This document shows, piece by piece, positions 63,118 to 64,000 of a stretch of 64,000 nt of DNA (position 1 is the stretch's first letter; every line of letters begins with the position of its first letter). The position numbers were made by a program, and so were the translations under genes. The stretch is from Rhina ancylostomus (Eukaryota), in contig JARFYF010000002.1 in NCBI GenBank assembly GCA_030265395.1, positions 48,556,804 through 48,620,803 of the forward strand, written 5' to 3'. The notes under the pieces are model-generated. The model was not told the DNA's origin. It made no database searches and worked only from the letters and a program-made list of their open reading frames with translations.

Positions 63118-64000
63118 GTAAGCTTGAGATAATAGTATTGAAATAAATGTTAATTGAAGCCCATAAAGGAAGTATATATGTGAGAAGGGATTTCACCCCC
63201 CCCTCCTCCCAAACTACCGTTTCTGTGCAGAAATGCATTGTCCATTTGAATTAAGCGACATATCATTCTGATCCATTTCCACCAAATATCTACTTAACTG
63301 ACAATACTTGTGAGCAAAATAATCAAAATTTTTGCTTTCTGTAGTGTTCAGTAGAGCTGAACTGCGCAACATCTCATTTGAAACACCTCATTCAATCTAT
63401 TAAAATCATTGAGGGGTGGTGGAGAAATCATTAAAGGTAATGCAATTGGGTGGAAAGTGTACATTTAAAAATAATTAAGGTAAGCTTTAAACTCAAATCC
63501 GTACATCACTTAATCTAGTTCATTTTTAGGGTGACACTGATGTAACCATTTGTTACATGAAAAGAAGCGAGGGGTAATTTAGAATGTTCTTTTTAAATCA
63601 CCATATAATTTTGCATACTTAATTATTGAATAATGATGAACATCCTAGCTCTATTATTAGAAAGATGCATTAATTCTTTGGAAAGGTGTCTGTTTTGATT
63701 GAGGACACTTGGCAGTTACTGCTGTTGCTAATTAAAATTTGATTTCTTGAAACAATGAGACAAAAAGTCTTCCTCAGTAAAGATCATGGCATCTCATGGG
63801 GTCTTTTTCTGATTTTTCTATTATGAAACAGAATAACTATGAGAATAATAATGTTGCATCTCTGACCTTCCTCCAAGTTTTGGATTGTCACAAATGCTAT
63901 TTCCTTGACCACTCTGGTTATTTTTTTTATGATCTGCTCATAAAATAGTCTTGTATGTGGTGTGATTTTCCCTTACATATTACTTTCTCCTGATAGTATG

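Noticed and set aside
1-64000. A novel multi-component system (nested gene, endogenous virus, RNA gene cluster)
   Set aside because: All recognisable coding signal is explained by L3MBTL3 exons and decayed known retroelement clades; no independent long ORF, snoRNA/miRNA or viral motif could be supported by eye

Overview
AT-rich vertebrate genomic DNA, most likely from an elasmobranch (shark or ray), judged from HER1-type CR1 LINEs, HE1/V-SINEs and Penelope pLTR remnants. The whole window lies inside one + strand gene, L3MBTL3 (MBT-repeat methyl-lysine reader). I could join 16 GT-AG coding exons by hand (5583-63117; 1785 nt = 595 codons, phases consistent, no stops). They encode a basic pre-MBT segment, three MBT repeats, a CCHHC zinc finger, a linker and the N-terminal part of the SAM domain; the first and last exons lie outside the window. 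Introns are full of decayed retroelements (CR1, Rex1/Babar, Penelope, SINEs) plus a possible Tigger-like MITE. Most ORFs in the supplied track are transposon debris, N-gap artefacts or chance. I found no convincing novel multi-gene system. The most notable items are a Penelope element with inverted pLTRs and degenerate hammerhead cores, a 79-bp fold-back pLTR insertion with a perfect 15-bp TSD, an intact CCHHC finger (degenerate in human L3MBTL3), linker exons with a GRP motif, and inverted CR1 pairs around exon blocks. Family and paralog assignments come from recalled sequences, not database searches; repeat boundaries are approximate.
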